A stretch of 64,000 bases of DNA from Chloroflexota bacterium (GTDB lineage Bacteria > Chloroflexota > Limnocylindria > Limnocylindrales > CSP1-4), in assembly GCA_017881915.1 (NCBI GenBank), contig JADGQK010000001.1, positions 2,889-66,888 of the forward strand. Direction: 5' to 3'. Below the pieces are notes generated by a model, which saw only the letters and a list, made by a program, of their open reading frames with translations, was not told where the DNA came from and searched no databases. This document shows positions 35,256 through 45,865 of the stretch, piece after piece; positions within the stretch are counted from its first letter, which is position 1, and every line of letters begins with the position of its first letter. The position numbers were made by a program, and so were the translations under genes.

Positions 35256-36017
35256 ATGCTGGCTCGCTATCGCAGCTTCGCGGTGCCGCTCGCCGTGGTG
35301 GCCGCCGCGGTTCTCTTCTACATGGTGAATCCGTGGGTCTTCCCGGCCGTGGGCTCAACCGAGCGCGGCGTGGCAACGGTCGTCTTCTGGGTTCTCATGA
35401 TCGTCGTCCTCGTGCTCCTGTTCGAGGATCGCAAGGCGCCGGAGGCCGAGACGGTCGAGGTCGAAGGTCCCGCCTTCACCCGCTACCTCTTCAGCAATAC
35501 GCGGGCCGGCCTCGTCTGGCTGCCGATCCGCCTGTTCCTCGGTTTTGAGTGGGCCGTGGCCGGCTATGACAAGCTGACCGGCACCGGCTGGACCGACGGC
35601 GGGGCGGCTTTGCTCGGCTACTGGAAGAGTGCCGTCGCCATCCCGACCACCGGACATGCGGCGATCACGTTCGAGTGGTATCGCTCCTTCCTGCAATTCC
35701 TCATCGACCATGGTGCCCAGGGCTGGTTCGCCTGGCTGGTCGCGGTTGGTGAGCTGGCCGTCGGCATTGGCCTGCTCCTCGGGATCCTGACCGGCATCGC
35801 GGCGTTCTTCGGGGCAACGATGAACATGTCGTACCTGCTGGCCGGCTCGACCTCCGTCAACCCGGTCATGTTCGCGTTCACCATCGGGCTGATCCTGGCC
35901 TGGAAGGTAGCCGGCTACTACGGCGTCGACCGCTACCTGCTGCCGCGTCTCGGCGTCCCGTGGGGCGCCCGCACGACACGAGGGCCGGTCGCGGCCAGCC
36001 CCGGCTCCGTCAGCTGA
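35256..36017 (+). CDS. DoxX/DoxD-like membrane protein
   Basis: The ATG at 35256 is preceded by GAGAGAGGGA. The sequence contains RLFLGFEWAVAGYDKL and GELAVGIGLLLGILTG. The family assignment is from memory. Confidence 0.75.
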   Translation: MLARYRSFAVPLAVVAAAVLFYMVNPWVFPAVGSTERGVATVVFWVLMIVVLVLLFEDRKAPEAETVEVEGPAFTRYLFSNTRAGLVWLPIRLFLGFEWAVAGYDKLTGTGWTDGGAALLGYWKSAVAIPTTGHAAITFEWYRSFLQFLIDHGAQGWFAWLVAVGELAVGIGLLLGILTGIAAFFGATMNMSYLLAGSTSVNPVMFAFTIGLILAWKVAGYYGVDRYLLPRLGVPWGARTTRGPVAASPGSVS

Positions 36018-36109
36018 CCTGACCCCAGGGCGCGAAGTGCGCCCGGACGATCACGACATGCCCGGCCGGGACCACATCGGCCGGGCATCTCGCTTTCCTG
36101 CCCACGGGT

Positions 36110-37846
36110 TCAGCCGCGGGCAAACGATCGCCTCGAGTCCCCATCCGCCGCATTGACCGGCAGGAAACCGGCCCGGCCCAGGAGGCGGCCCGCGATCGCC
36201 AGCCGCTGGTCGAGCGGCAGTGGGTCCACGACATCGCGCTCGGCGACGCCGACCCTTGCGATCAGCCGGCCGGACCCAGCCCCGTCGATCCGGGCGGCGA
36301 CGAGACTCGAGAGGAGCGCCGTCGCGATCCCCTGCCGGCGATGGTCCGCCGCCACCCCGATCGACAGCAGCTCGGCGTGGCGGCCGCCGTCGCCGCTCGG
36401 CGTAACCAGCGCAACGCCAACGAGCCGCTCGCCCACGATCGCACCGGCGGCGCGCGCCCCGGCTAGCAGGGCGGCCAGCAGAATCGCCCGCCCGAGCTCG
36501 GGGTCAGCCGGCGGCAGTGTGCGCGGGGCAAGGACAAGACGCTCGACGAGCCCAGGGTCGAGATCGGCCAGGACGGTCGGGGCAGAAGCCCCTTCGGTCC
36601 GGTCGGCGCCCATCACCGCCCGGCCGCCGCCGAGCCCGACCGGCGGTATGAGCGGATCCCACCAGCGCCGCTCCTGGGCCACCACGAGGAGCCGCGGCAG
36701 GACGAGCGCCCGAACTCGCTCGATCGTCTCCATCGAGCGCGATTCGGCCAGTCGCTGGAGCTCCGATTCGAGCAGGCCGGCATTCGGACGGTCCTGGAAC
36801 GTCTCCGGCGGCGGTCCCTGCTCGTGATCTGCCGCGGCGTCCGCCCAACGCGCTCGCCAGGCGGGGTCCGTCGACTCGGGTGGATCCCGATGGGCCCCGG
36901 CAAGCCAGGTGAGCGCCCACGCCCGCGGCACGACCCGGTACACGTCGTAGCCGCCCCCGCCGGTCGCCAGCCAACGGCCACCGGCATGGCGGTGGGCGAC
37001 CGCGTCGACGAGTCGAGCCGCCTCGCCCATCGCCGTCGTGGTCACGAGGAGGTGCGCCAGCGGGTCCCAGGCGTGGCTGTCAGCCCCATGCTGGCTGACG
37101 ATCAGGTCCGGGCCGAACGAGGCGGCGAGGGCCGGAACCAGGGCTCGAACGCCGGCCAGCCAGGTGCCCTCCCCCGTTCCGGCATCGAGCGGGAGATTGA
37201 CCGAGGTGCCGGCCGCGATGCCATCGCCCAGCTCATCGACAAAGCCCGTCCCGGGAAAGAGGGTCCGGCCGCTCTCGTGGATCGAGACCGTGAGCACGCC
37301 GGGGTCGTCCAGGTGGATCGCCTGGACTCCGTCGCCGTGGTGGACGTCGAGATCGACGTACATCACCCGCAGGCCGGCCCGCCGGGCCGCCGCGATCGCC
37401 AGGGCGGGATCGTTGTAGATGCAGAACCCGGACGCCCGCCCCGGCATCGCGTGGTGGAGGCCGCCGCCGGGGTGAAAGGCGTGCTCCACATCGCCCCGAA
37501 TGATCGCCTCGACCGCTCGCAACGAGCCGCCCGCCACAGCGCCCGCGGCTTCGTGCATCCCGGCGAACGGCGGGTCGTCGCCGAAGGCGGCGATGCCGGC
37601 TTCGGCCTTGCCAAACGGGTTCGCTGACAGACGCTTGACGGCGGCGAGGTAGCTGGCGGCGTGGACCTGGAGGAGCTCGGACTCGTCGGCTGGCTCGGGT
37701 CCGAGGCCGGGAACCGCCCCGACGGTCCGGAGCAGGTCGATCCCGGGCCCGAAGCGCCGCGGCGTGAGCGGATGACTCGGACCGAAGTCATAGGTCGTCG
37801 AGTGCGGGCCGAAAACGAGGAGCGGGCCGGTCGTCACGTCACGCAT
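36110..37846 (-). CDS. Histone-deacetylase-family (AcuC/acetoin-utilisation-type) deacetylase fused to a C-terminal GNAT acetyltransferase domain
   Basis: The N-terminal ~390 aa contain GGLHHAMPGRASGFCIYND and YVDLDVHHGDGVQ. The C-terminal ~150 aa contain LLSIGVAADHRRQGIATALLSSL (GNAT motif A, R-x-x-G-x-A). It is a single uninterrupted 578-aa ORF. Confidence 0.85.
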   Translation of the reverse strand: MRDVTTGPLLVFGPHSTTYDFGPSHPLTPRRFGPGIDLLRTVGAVPGLGPEPADESELLQVHAASYLAAVKRLSANPFGKAEAGIAAFGDDPPFAGMHEAAGAVAGGSLRAVEAIIRGDVEHAFHPGGGLHHAMPGRASGFCIYNDPALAIAAARRAGLRVMYVDLDVHHGDGVQAIHLDDPGVLTVSIHESGRTLFPGTGFVDELGDGIAAGTSVNLPLDAGTGEGTWLAGVRALVPALAASFGPDLIVSQHGADSHAWDPLAHLLVTTTAMGEAARLVDAVAHRHAGGRWLATGGGGYDVYRVVPRAWALTWLAGAHRDPPESTDPAWRARWADAAADHEQGPPPETFQDRPNAGLLESELQRLAESRSMETIERVRALVLPRLLVVAQERRWWDPLIPPVGLGGGRAVMGADRTEGASAPTVLADLDPGLVERLVLAPRTLPPADPELGRAILLAALLAGARAAGAIVGERLVGVALVTPSGDGGRHAELLSIGVAADHRRQGIATALLSSLVAARIDGAGSGRLIARVGVAERDVVDPLPLDQRLAIAGRLLGRAGFLPVNAADGDSRRSFARG

Positions 37847-37875
37847 CGTAGCCCGGGGCGTGGCACGATCCGCCC

Positions 37876-38271
37876 ATGGCCGATACCGTCAGCACCCGAC
37901 CCCTGATCGACAAGCTGGGCGTCCGCCCCGGTTCGCGCGTGGCCCTGATCAACATCGAGGACGTGGACTTCCGACGCCTCCTCGCCGAGCGGACCGACGA
38001 CATCACCGAGGGCGAGCCGCTGGCCGGGTCGGACCTGATCTTCATCGGGATCGACGACGGGCGCGAGCTCTCCCAGCTGGCCTTCCTGCGCGGCCAGATC
38101 GTCCCGAACGGTGCGATCTGGGTCGTCTCGCGCAAGGGCACGGCAGCCACGGTCCGCGATGTCGAGGTCATCGAGGCCGCCAAGTCGTTCGGCCTCGTCG
38201 ACAACAAGGTCGTGGCGTTCTCGTCGACTCATACCTCGCTCCGCCTGGTCATCCCGGTTGCGCTCCGATGA
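37876..38271 (+). CDS. DUF3052-like protein
   Basis: The sequence contains LIDKLGVRPGSRVALI...IWVVSRKG...VDNKVVAFSSTHTSLRLV. The family was recognised from memory. Confidence 0.75.
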   Translation: MADTVSTRPLIDKLGVRPGSRVALINIEDVDFRRLLAERTDDITEGEPLAGSDLIFIGIDDGRELSQLAFLRGQIVPNGAIWVVSRKGTAATVRDVEVIEAAKSFGLVDNKVVAFSSTHTSLRLVIPVALR

Positions 38272-38289
38272 GTCGAGTACCATCGGCGC

Positions 38290-38571
38290 ATGAAGGACCC
38301 GCTGATCATCCTGATCGTGATCCTGGCCATCGTCATCGTCTGGCGCGGCCCGAAGACCCTGCCCCAGATCGGGCGGATGCTCGGCCGCGGAGTCAAGGAG
38401 GCCCGGCGCGAGGCGGCCGAGATCAAGGTCGACATCCACAAGGACGAAGGCGCGACCACGACCATTGCGGCACCCGTCGCGCCGGCCGCGGCTCCGGTCG
38501 CGCCGACCACGCCGGTCACCGGCCCACCGGGTTCCGGGGCTCCCGGTCCAGGCGGTCCCGGGCCGGCCTGA
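38290..38571 (+). CDS. tatA: Twin-arginine translocase subunit TatA/TatE
   Basis: An N-terminal TM segment (LIILIVILAIVIVW) is followed by GPKTLPQIGRMLGRGVKEARRE, an amphipathic helix, and a Pro/Ala-rich tail. Confidence 0.85.
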   Translation: MKDPLIILIVILAIVIVWRGPKTLPQIGRMLGRGVKEARREAAEIKVDIHKDEGATTTIAAPVAPAAAPVAPTTPVTGPPGSGAPGPGGPGPA

Positions 38572-38587
38572 TTCGATCCCTCCGGCG

Positions 38588-39175
38588 ATGGCCGAGCTCG
38601 ACGACCTCCTTGCCCGACCGGGGCCTGGTACCCATCGCGCTCCGATCACGGTCGACGACGCCGATCTGGAAACGCTGGTCGACCTCCCACCGGCGCGTGG
38701 TGGGCTCCTCTTCGTCGGGCTGAACCCCTCCCCGGTGAGTGTGACCGCCGGCCACTACCACCAGGGCCGGCTGGGCCGGACCTTCTGGCGACGATTGATG
38801 CTCGCCGGCGTCCTCCCGGCCGGAACCAGCGTCGAGACCGCTGATGACGCGCTCGTCGCAGCGGGACACGGGATCAGCGACCTGCTCAAGGTGCCGTCGC
38901 CCCGGGACGTGGCCACTGACCGCGAGCTGACCCTGGGCGTAGGGCCGCTCTGGCAGAAGGTCGCGATCTGGCGCCCCAGTGCGGTCGTCTTCATCTACAA
39001 ACGGGCCGCCGAGATCGCGGCCGGCCGGCCGCTCGCGGAGAAGTGGGGCCAGCTCCCCGGCGTCGCCCTCGCCGGACGACCGTGCTTCCTGATGCCCGGG
39101 CCGTATGCCCCGGTGGAGGAAGTGGACGAAGGCCTGAACCTCCTGCGCAACCTCCACCGGTCGATCCGGGGCTAG
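38588..39175 (+). CDS. mug: G/U mismatch-specific uracil-DNA glycosylase (family 2, Mug-like)
   Basis: The sequence FVGLNPSPVSVTAGHYHQGRLGRTFWRRL parallels E. coli Mug GINPGLSS...ANRFW. It also has a late LMPGPYAP motif. Confidence 0.8.
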   Translation: MAELDDLLARPGPGTHRAPITVDDADLETLVDLPPARGGLLFVGLNPSPVSVTAGHYHQGRLGRTFWRRLMLAGVLPAGTSVETADDALVAAGHGISDLLKVPSPRDVATDRELTLGVGPLWQKVAIWRPSAVVFIYKRAAEIAAGRPLAEKWGQLPGVALAGRPCFLMPGPYAPVEEVDEGLNLLRNLHRSIRG

Positions 39176-40521
39176 CCGCCCGCGCGCGCGCCGGTCAGCG
39201 CCTCGATCGCCGCGCGGATTGCCGCCGCGGGATCTTCCAGGACGGGGCCGTGGCCGGGCACGACCCGGTTGGGCCCGAGGCGGGCGAGCCGCCCAAGCGC
39301 TGCCCGAGCAGCCGTGACGTCGCCAGCCGGCGGCAGGACGAAGGTCGGCCGATCGGTCAGGGCGTCGCCGCTCAGGAGCGTGGAGTCAGGCAGCCGGAAC
39401 GCCAGGTGGTCCGGCCGATGGCCGGGGGTCGCGATCACTTCGAGCGGGAGATTGCCGAGATCGAGCAGCGCCCCGTCGGCAACCTCTGTGACCGGCCACG
39501 GGAGCGGGGCGGCCCCGCCCGGGCCCGCGTAGATGGGCGCGCCGGTCCGTTCGTGGAGCTCAAGCGAGCCCGCCGCGTGGCCGGGATCGACATGGGTCAG
39601 CGCGATCGCCACGATCCGCCCTCCGAGTGCGCCCGCCTCGGCCTCGATCAGGTCGATGAATGCCTGGTCGGGATCGCCCGGATCAACCACCACGATCCGC
39701 TCCCGGCCAATCAGGATCGTGTTCGCCGGGCGGCCGGCCGGCCCGAAGGCGCTGCCCCCGGTCAGCCGGATGAGTCCCCCTTCGAGTCTGTCGCGCGTGA
39801 ACGGCAGGGCCTCGATGAGGACGAGCCCGGCTCGAATGGCAGCGACGTCGGGCGCACGCTCGAGCCGCTGGAGGGTGGTCGACGTGGGCGGCCACAGCTG
39901 GATCTCGCCGGCGGCCATCGCCCCGAGCGCCGCGCTGGGCGTCAGCCACGAATGGCCGGCGACTTCGCGTGGATCGAGATCGAGCTCCGCCCCGGGGGGC
40001 AGCTCCACGGCGAAGAACCGCGTGTCGAACCGGCGCGGATAGGCGCGCGGCGTCTGCCAGCGGGCGATCGGGACGAGCCGGTCGGTTGCCAGGGTCAGCT
40101 CGAAGCGCTCGAGGATCGCGGCCAGGTCCAGCTCGCCGCCAGCCAGCGCGGCCCGCAACCGGGGCAGCTCGGCAGCGAATCCGGGGTCGGATCCGGCGGG
40201 CGAGCCATCGGCGCGGTCGGCCACGAGGACGCCGGCCTCTTCGAACAGCTCACGCAGGGCCGCCACCCGGTGGGGATCCCTGGCCCGTGACCGACCGAGG
40301 ATCCGCCGGTCACCGTCGCCCGGATCGACCCGGCCGCCCGGAAAGACGTGCAGGCCGCCCCCGAAAGCCATCGAATCAGGACGCAGGGTGAGCAGCACCT
40401 CGGGTTCAGGCCGGGCGGGATCGGGGCCAGGCCGGACCAGGACGACTGTGGCGGCCGGGCGGGCGACGACGGGCCGGGCAGCAGTCGAGCGCGCCGGCCG
40501 GGGGCGGGCCGGCTCGGTCAT
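39172..40521 (-). CDS. NUDIX hydrolase fused to a metallo-beta-lactamase-fold hydrolase
   Basis: The NUDIX box is GGRVDPGD...[12 protein letters not shown]. The MBL part contains [14 protein letters not shown] and ATPGHRPDH...VPGHG. The ATG overlaps the stop of the upstream gene (ATGA). Confidence 0.85.
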   Translation of the reverse strand: MTEPARPRPARSTAARPVVARPAATVVLVRPGPDPARPEPEVLLTLRPDSMAFGGGLHVFPGGRVDPGDGDRRILGRSRARDPHRVAALRELFEEAGVLVADRADGSPAGSDPGFAAELPRLRAALAGGELDLAAILERFELTLATDRLVPIARWQTPRAYPRRFDTRFFAVELPPGAELDLDPREVAGHSWLTPSAALGAMAAGEIQLWPPTSTTLQRLERAPDVAAIRAGLVLIEALPFTRDRLEGGLIRLTGGSAFGPAGRPANTILIGRERIVVVDPGDPDQAFIDLIEAEAGALGGRIVAIALTHVDPGHAAGSLELHERTGAPIYAGPGGAAPLPWPVTEVADGALLDLGNLPLEVIATPGHRPDHLAFRLPDSTLLSGDALTDRPTFVLPPAGDVTAARAALGRLARLGPNRVVPGHGPVLEDPAAAIRAAIEALTGARAGG

Positions 40522-42653
40522 CCGGCGGGCGCCGGCCGCCGGCGGGCGAGGAGTGCATCGAGCGCCTCCGGCTCCGTCACGGGCAGGCGGCAGGCGAACC
40601 CGTGGCAGACGAACGCCGTTGGCCGGCCGTCGAGCTGGAACCGGTCACCCAGCAGCTCGATCTCGCTTGAAGCCGGTGTCGCCGTCAGCGCAACGACCTG
40701 GTTCGGGTGGAAGCCGGCCTCGGCCACCGCCAGGAGGCGTCGGGTCGCGCCCTGATCCACGTCGCCCACGATCGCGATCTCGTCGACATCGGCCAGGGCG
40801 AAGTCGAGAGCGACGAGCCATTGGCCGAAGAATGTTGGATGGCGTGGGCCAACCTCGGCCACGAGGCGCAGTCCCGCTTCGGCGGCATCGCGGTAGCGAC
40901 CTTCGCCGGTGAGCGCGGCGAGGCGGAGGAGGACGGTCACCGCCATCGCATTGCCGGACGGGACCGCGTTGTCCTGGAGCTCCTTCGGTCGCGTGATCAG
41001 GATCTCGTGGTCGATGGCGGTGTCGTAGAAGCCGCCGACCGGATCGCCGAACCGGGCCAGGATCGCTTCGGCCAGGCCCCTGGCCGCCCGGAACCAGCGC
41101 TCGTCGAATGTGGCGCTGTACAGGGCCAGGAGGCCCTCGGCCAGGCAAGCGTAGTCCTCGAGGACACCCGCGCCGGTGGCTCGGCCGTCCTTCCAGCTTC
41201 GCCACAGCCGGCCGTGGGCGTCGAGCAACCGATCGCAGCACACCCCGGCGGCCGCGATCGCGGCCTCGCGGTAGCGATCGGCCCGGGCCTGGTCTCCGCC
41301 AGCGCCGACGGCCACCGACCCCTCAGCGAGAGCCGCGATCGCCAGCCCGTTCCAGCCGGCCAGGACCTTGTCATCGCGGTTCGGCTGGGGTCGCCGATCG
41401 CGGGCCGCGAAGAGGACGATCCGAGCCCGCTCGAGCCGTTCCCGGACGTCGGCGGCGGGCAGCTCGAAGGACTCGGCCAGCTCAGCGTCGGTCCGGACCC
41501 GGCGCAGGATCGTCCGGCCGAGGCTCTCATGCCAGTTGCCCGCGTCGGTCACGTCCCAGGCGGCGAGCACGAGGGCGAGGTCGTCGGCCGTGTCGTCGGC
41601 CAGGGCAGCAGCCATCTCGCCGGGGGTCCACGTGAACGTCGCCCCCTCAACGCCATCCGTGTCGGCATCGCGACTGGCAGCCAGGCCACCGTTGGCCGTC
41701 GTGAAGTCGCGCACGATCGCGTCGAGCGTGCCGCAGGCGACAGTCCGGTCGCGCTCTTCCCCGAGGAGCTGCCAGGCGTGGACATACGCCCGCGCGAGTT
41801 GGGCATTGTCGTAGAGCATCTGCTCGAAGTGGGGAGCCAGCCACTGGCCGTCCGTGGAATAGCGATGAAAGCCGCCGCCAAGCTGGTCGCGCAGCCCGCC
41901 GGCCGCCATCCGGTCGAGCGTGGTCCGGGCCATGCCCAGGGCCACCGGATCCCTGCCTGGGTCGGCTGCGGCCAGCTGTCGGAGCAGGAACTCGATGGCC
42001 ATCGGCTGGGGGAACTTGGGCGCCCGGCCCCAGCCCCCATGGCGCGGATCGAAGCTGGCTTCGAGCGTCGCCACGGCCGTCCGCGCCGCGCCGGCCGGCA
42101 GTGGCCCAGGCGCGGCCCCCACGACGGGGGTTGTTGCGCTTGCCCGAAGGCCCGCTGAGAGCGCCGCTACCAGGCGGTCGCCCGATGCCTCGACCGAGGC
42201 GCGCTGGTCGCGCCAGGCGTGGGCGACCCCAGCCAGCACCTGGCGGAACGCAGGCATCTCGCCGCGGGGCACGGACGGGTAGTACGTCCCGCCATAGAAG
42301 GGCCGGCCGTCCGGGGTCAGGAAGACGCTCATCGGCCAGCCACCCTGGCCGGTCATCGCCTGGACGGCCGCCATGTAGACCTGGTCGAGGTCGGGCCGTT
42401 CCTCGCGATCCACCTTGATCGCGATGAAGTCGCGATTCAACTCGGCCGCCGTGACCGGATCCTCGAACGACTCCCGCTCCATCACGTGACACCAGTGACA
42501 GGCGGCGTAGCCGATCGACAGGAAGATCGGCTTGTCCTCGGCTCGAGCCCGCTCAAGTGCGGCCGGCCCCCAGGGGTACCAATCGACGGGATTGTGGGCG
42601 TGCTGGAGGAGGTACGGGCTCGTCTCGGCCGCGAGCCGATTATGGGCAGCCAT
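40518..42653 (-). CDS. Thioredoxin-domain protein, DUF255 / YyaL (SPATA20-like) family
   Basis: The sequence contains [59 protein letters not shown] followed by an (alpha/alpha)6-like region. I trimmed the ORF to the ATG at 42653; the track ORF (to 43529) is antisense to cax. Confidence 0.9.
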   Translation of the reverse strand: MAAHNRLAAETSPYLLQHAHNPVDWYPWGPAALERARAEDKPIFLSIGYAACHWCHVMERESFEDPVTAAELNRDFIAIKVDREERPDLDQVYMAAVQAMTGQGGWPMSVFLTPDGRPFYGGTYYPSVPRGEMPAFRQVLAGVAHAWRDQRASVEASGDRLVAALSAGLRASATTPVVGAAPGPLPAGAARTAVATLEASFDPRHGGWGRAPKFPQPMAIEFLLRQLAAADPGRDPVALGMARTTLDRMAAGGLRDQLGGGFHRYSTDGQWLAPHFEQMLYDNAQLARAYVHAWQLLGEERDRTVACGTLDAIVRDFTTANGGLAASRDADTDGVEGATFTWTPGEMAAALADDTADDLALVLAAWDVTDAGNWHESLGRTILRRVRTDAELAESFELPAADVRERLERARIVLFAARDRRPQPNRDDKVLAGWNGLAIAALAEGSVAVGAGGDQARADRYREAAIAAAGVCCDRLLDAHGRLWRSWKDGRATGAGVLEDYACLAEGLLALYSATFDERWFRAARGLAEAILARFGDPVGGFYDTAIDHEILITRPKELQDNAVPSGNAMAVTVLLRLAALTGEGRYRDAAEAGLRLVAEVGPRHPTFFGQWLVALDFALADVDEIAIVGDVDQGATRRLLAVAEAGFHPNQVVALTATPASSEIELLGDRFQLDGRPTAFVCHGFACRLPVTEPEALDALLARRRPAPAG

Positions 42654-42689
42654 CGCCGCGATGGTACCGCCGCCCGTATCATCGGGAGG

Positions 42690-43823
42690 ATGGTCGCCGA
42701 GACAGCTCCGGTCCCCAACGAGCCCCGCCGGACGCTTGCCGCGATCCTTGGCAGGCGCGCGCTCGTCCTGGTCGCGGTGGCCCTGGTCGGTGGCGGAATC
42801 GGCCTGGCGTTGAAACTCGGCCATGGGGACCCGACCGCAACGTTCATCGCCTCGGCGATCGCCCTGGCCGGTTTGGCCGGACTTGTGGGCGAGGGTACCG
42901 AGCAACTCGGCCAACGCTTCGGGCCGGGGCTGACCGGCGTCCTGCAGTCCGCCCTGGGCAATCTCCCGGAGCTGTTCATCGGGATCTTCAGCCTGCGCGC
43001 CGGGCTCATCGTGGTCGTCCAGAGCGCGCTGATCGGCTCGATCCTGGCCAACAGCCTGCTGGTCCTTGGGCTCGCGTTCGTCGCCGGCGGATTGAAGAAT
43101 GGGACCCAGACATTTGGCGTCCAGCCCGTCCGGATGATCGCCACGCTGCTGGTCCTGGCGGTCGCTGCCCTGATGATCCCAACCCTGGCCACCGCGCCCG
43201 GCGCCCCCGATGCCGGCCACGCCCAGGACCTGAGCATCATCACCGCGATCGTCCTGCTGATCCTGTTCGCGGCCTCGATCCCGTTCTCGGTGCGCGGCGG
43301 CCAGGGCGCCAGCTCGCTCAAGCCGATGCTCGAGTCGGGGGAGGTCTGGCCGATCCGGCTGGCCATTGGTGTCCTCGTCGGCGCCGGCGTCGGGTCGGCC
43401 TTCGTCTCCGACTGGTTCGTCGACTCGCTCCGGCCTGCCCTGGCCAGCCTCGGGATCAGCGAGGCGTTCGCCGGCCTGGTCATCGTCGCGATCGCAGGCA
43501 ATGCCGTCGAGAACGTCGCCGGCATTCAACAGGCGCTGCGCAACAAGGCCGACCTGGCGATCAGCCTTGTCCTGAACTCCAGCCTGCAGGTCGCCCTGGC
43601 ATTGATCCCGGTACTCGTCCTGATCTCGGTCGTGATGGGCGGGCCGGCCCTCACCCTGGTCACCTCGCCGCTGTTGATCGGCGCCCTGGGTCTCTCGGTC
43701 ATCCTCGGCGCGTTCGTCGTGTTCGACGGTGAGTCGACCTGGCTGGAGGGCCTGGCGCTGATCGCGCTGTATGTGATCATCGCCGCCAGCGTCTGGTTCG
43801 GTCCGCCGATCCAGGCACCATGA
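42690..43823 (+). CDS. cax: Calcium/proton exchanger (CaCA family)
   Basis: The sequence contains [23 protein letters not shown] and a second repeat [18 protein letters not shown]. The ATG at 42690 is preceded by GGGAGGA. Confidence 0.9.
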   Translation: MVAETAPVPNEPRRTLAAILGRRALVLVAVALVGGGIGLALKLGHGDPTATFIASAIALAGLAGLVGEGTEQLGQRFGPGLTGVLQSALGNLPELFIGIFSLRAGLIVVVQSALIGSILANSLLVLGLAFVAGGLKNGTQTFGVQPVRMIATLLVLAVAALMIPTLATAPGAPDAGHAQDLSIITAIVLLILFAASIPFSVRGGQGASSLKPMLESGEVWPIRLAIGVLVGAGVGSAFVSDWFVDSLRPALASLGISEAFAGLVIVAIAGNAVENVAGIQQALRNKADLAISLVLNSSLQVALALIPVLVLISVVMGGPALTLVTSPLLIGALGLSVILGAFVVFDGESTWLEGLALIALYVIIAASVWFGPPIQAP

Positions 43824-45157
43824 GCATCCCCGGCGGATCCGGCGCGGCCGCCGCGATCCGCGAGTGGCAGGTCTTCCTCGGACCGCGCTACCGGCGCTTC
43901 CAGGGGATCGGGGGGTCAGGCGCGGTCGTCGCGGCCCTGGCCGGCGACGGGCTCACGATCCCGCTCCTCCTGGCGTTGGGGGCAAGCCCGGCGCTGGCCA
44001 CAGTGATCGGCGTGCTGCCGTCAGCGTTCTCGTCCGCCCAGCTTGGCGTGCCCTGGCTCCTGCGGCGGTTCGACGGCAACCTGCGTGGCGTCACCCTGAT
44101 CATCCTGGCAATCGGCGAGACGCGCGGATTCATCCTCGGCGCGCTCACCCTGGCGGCGTGGGTCGGCCTGATCCCGAACGGCCTGGCGATCGTGGCGATC
44201 GGCGCGGTGATGAGCCTGGGCGGTGCCGCGACGACGATCGGCGGCACCAACCTGCTGGCCTGGTACGGGGCGATCCTGGCCGACCCGGAGCGGCGCTTCG
44301 TGGCGCCCCGCGTGATGGGCATGACCCTGGGCCTCGGTTCGGTGCTCCTGCTGCCGGTGGCCCTCCTCGTCCAGTTGTTCCTGCCCTCGGTCGGGGTCCG
44401 GATCTACGCCATCGTCTTCCTGATCAGCGGGATCGCCGGCGTGATCGAAATCTCGGTCCTGCGCCAGTTGACCAAGCCCGGCCGGGTCCAGGTAGCCCGC
44501 TCGGCCGCTCACGTGGAAGGCGGGCCGATCTCGTCCCCGCCATCGCCTCACCTGCAGCCATTCCTGCGCTCGATCACCGTGGCGGCCTTCGGTGCCGGCT
44601 TCGGGCCGTACCTCTCGATCTACTCGATCAGCGTCCTCCACCTGCCGCCCAGCTTCGCCATCCTGCTGTCGGCCATCTCGTCGGCGTCCTCGCTCGTGTC
44701 GGCGACCGTGGTCGGCGGGTTGCTGGCCCGGGGCAGCGCGTCGCGGACGCTGCGCGTGTCGTTCCTGATGCGTGGATCGTCGATGCTCCTGGGCCTGGCG
44801 GCGTTCCCGCAGAACCCGCTGGCCGGCCTGATCATCTGCGTTGTCACGGTCCTGGCGGCTGCCGGAGCGTCGGCCGGTACGCTCTCGTCGAATGAACGCC
44901 TGATGCGCCTTTCGCCGGGCCCCGACCTGATCCGCGCCCAGGGCCGCTTCGTGGCCGGCTCGGCCGCCGGGATCACGGCCGGCCAGATGGCCAATGCCGC
45001 GATCCTGGCGGTCCTGCCGCTCGGCTATCCCGCCTTCGCGATCCTGTTCGCGGTCTCGGGCCTGACCCGCTACGTGACGGCCGCCCGGGTGGAGGTTTCG
45101 GATACGTGGTCATCGAGCACCCGGGTCTACCGTGACGAGGACCTGCGCAAGCCATGA
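43820..45157 (+). CDS. MFS-type polytopic membrane transporter
   Basis: The 445-aa protein has about 12 hydrophobic segments in two halves. Its ATG overlaps the cax stop (ATGA). Confidence 0.8.
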   Translation: MSIPGGSGAAAAIREWQVFLGPRYRRFQGIGGSGAVVAALAGDGLTIPLLLALGASPALATVIGVLPSAFSSAQLGVPWLLRRFDGNLRGVTLIILAIGETRGFILGALTLAAWVGLIPNGLAIVAIGAVMSLGGAATTIGGTNLLAWYGAILADPERRFVAPRVMGMTLGLGSVLLLPVALLVQLFLPSVGVRIYAIVFLISGIAGVIEISVLRQLTKPGRVQVARSAAHVEGGPISSPPSPHLQPFLRSITVAAFGAGFGPYLSIYSISVLHLPPSFAILLSAISSASSLVSATVVGGLLARGSASRTLRVSFLMRGSSMLLGLAAFPQNPLAGLIICVVTVLAAAGASAGTLSSNERLMRLSPGPDLIRAQGRFVAGSAAGITAGQMANAAILAVLPLGYPAFAILFAVSGLTRYVTAARVEVSDTWSSSTRVYRDEDLRKP

Positions 45158-45819
45158 ATGGCATCTTCTCCGCGTCCACCAATGGCTTTGCCTTCGCCAA
45201 TCGCTGGCCCCACGTCCCTCCGCTGCGCTTCCGCGCCGGCGGGCCGGTTCCGATCGAGCTGGCGATCGGCGACGCGGCGAACGGCCTGTGCGGCGGGATG
45301 GCGTTCGCGGCGATCGACCTGTGGCTGGCAGGAGTGCGGCCCGACGTCGACCCGCTGCCGCCGGCTGAAGGAACGCCGGCGTTCCGCTACCTCGTCCGAC
45401 GCCAGCTCGACTCGTTCGAGCTCGGTCTGGGGCCGGCTCGGTTCTACCTGCTTGGAGCACCCTGGCGGTCCGAGGCGTCCCGATCGCGCGAAGTCATGCG
45501 GCGCGAGCTGCCCCGGATCCGGCACGACCTGGCAGCCGGCCGGCCGGTGGCGATCGGCCTGGTCCACGCCGTGTCGGCCAACCCGGCGACCCTGATCCAG
45601 GACCACCAGGTCGTCGTGTACGGGATCGAAGCCGGACCCGCCGCGGGCTCGCTCAGCCTGCGGATCTACGACCCGAACCTGCCCGGCGACGGATCGGTTC
45701 GGCTCGTCGTCCGGCGTGAGCCCGACGGCGAGCTCGGCCTGATGTATTCGGGCGGTCCGCCGGTCGTCGCCTTCTTCCGCCAGGGCTACCGGCCGCGCGA
45801 TCCCCTGCCCTGGCGCTGA
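45154..45819 (+). CDS. Hypothetical cytoplasmic protein with a papain-fold / C39-like Cys...His...Asp arrangement
   Basis: The ATG overlaps the MFS stop (ATGA). The candidate catalytic residues lie in NGLCGGMAFAAIDLW (Cys), QDHQVVVYG (His) and LRIYDPN (Asp). The confidence given is for the CDS call; I put the fold/function inference at about 0.4. Confidence 0.7.
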   Translation: MNGIFSASTNGFAFANRWPHVPPLRFRAGGPVPIELAIGDAANGLCGGMAFAAIDLWLAGVRPDVDPLPPAEGTPAFRYLVRRQLDSFELGLGPARFYLLGAPWRSEASRSREVMRRELPRIRHDLAAGRPVAIGLVHAVSANPATLIQDHQVVVYGIEAGPAAGSLSLRIYDPNLPGDGSVRLVVRREPDGELGLMYSGGPPVVAFFRQGYRPRDPLPWR

Positions 45820-45865
45820 GCCGCGGCGAGTTGGCGGAGGGCATTGGCCGGCGTCGGCGAGCGCG

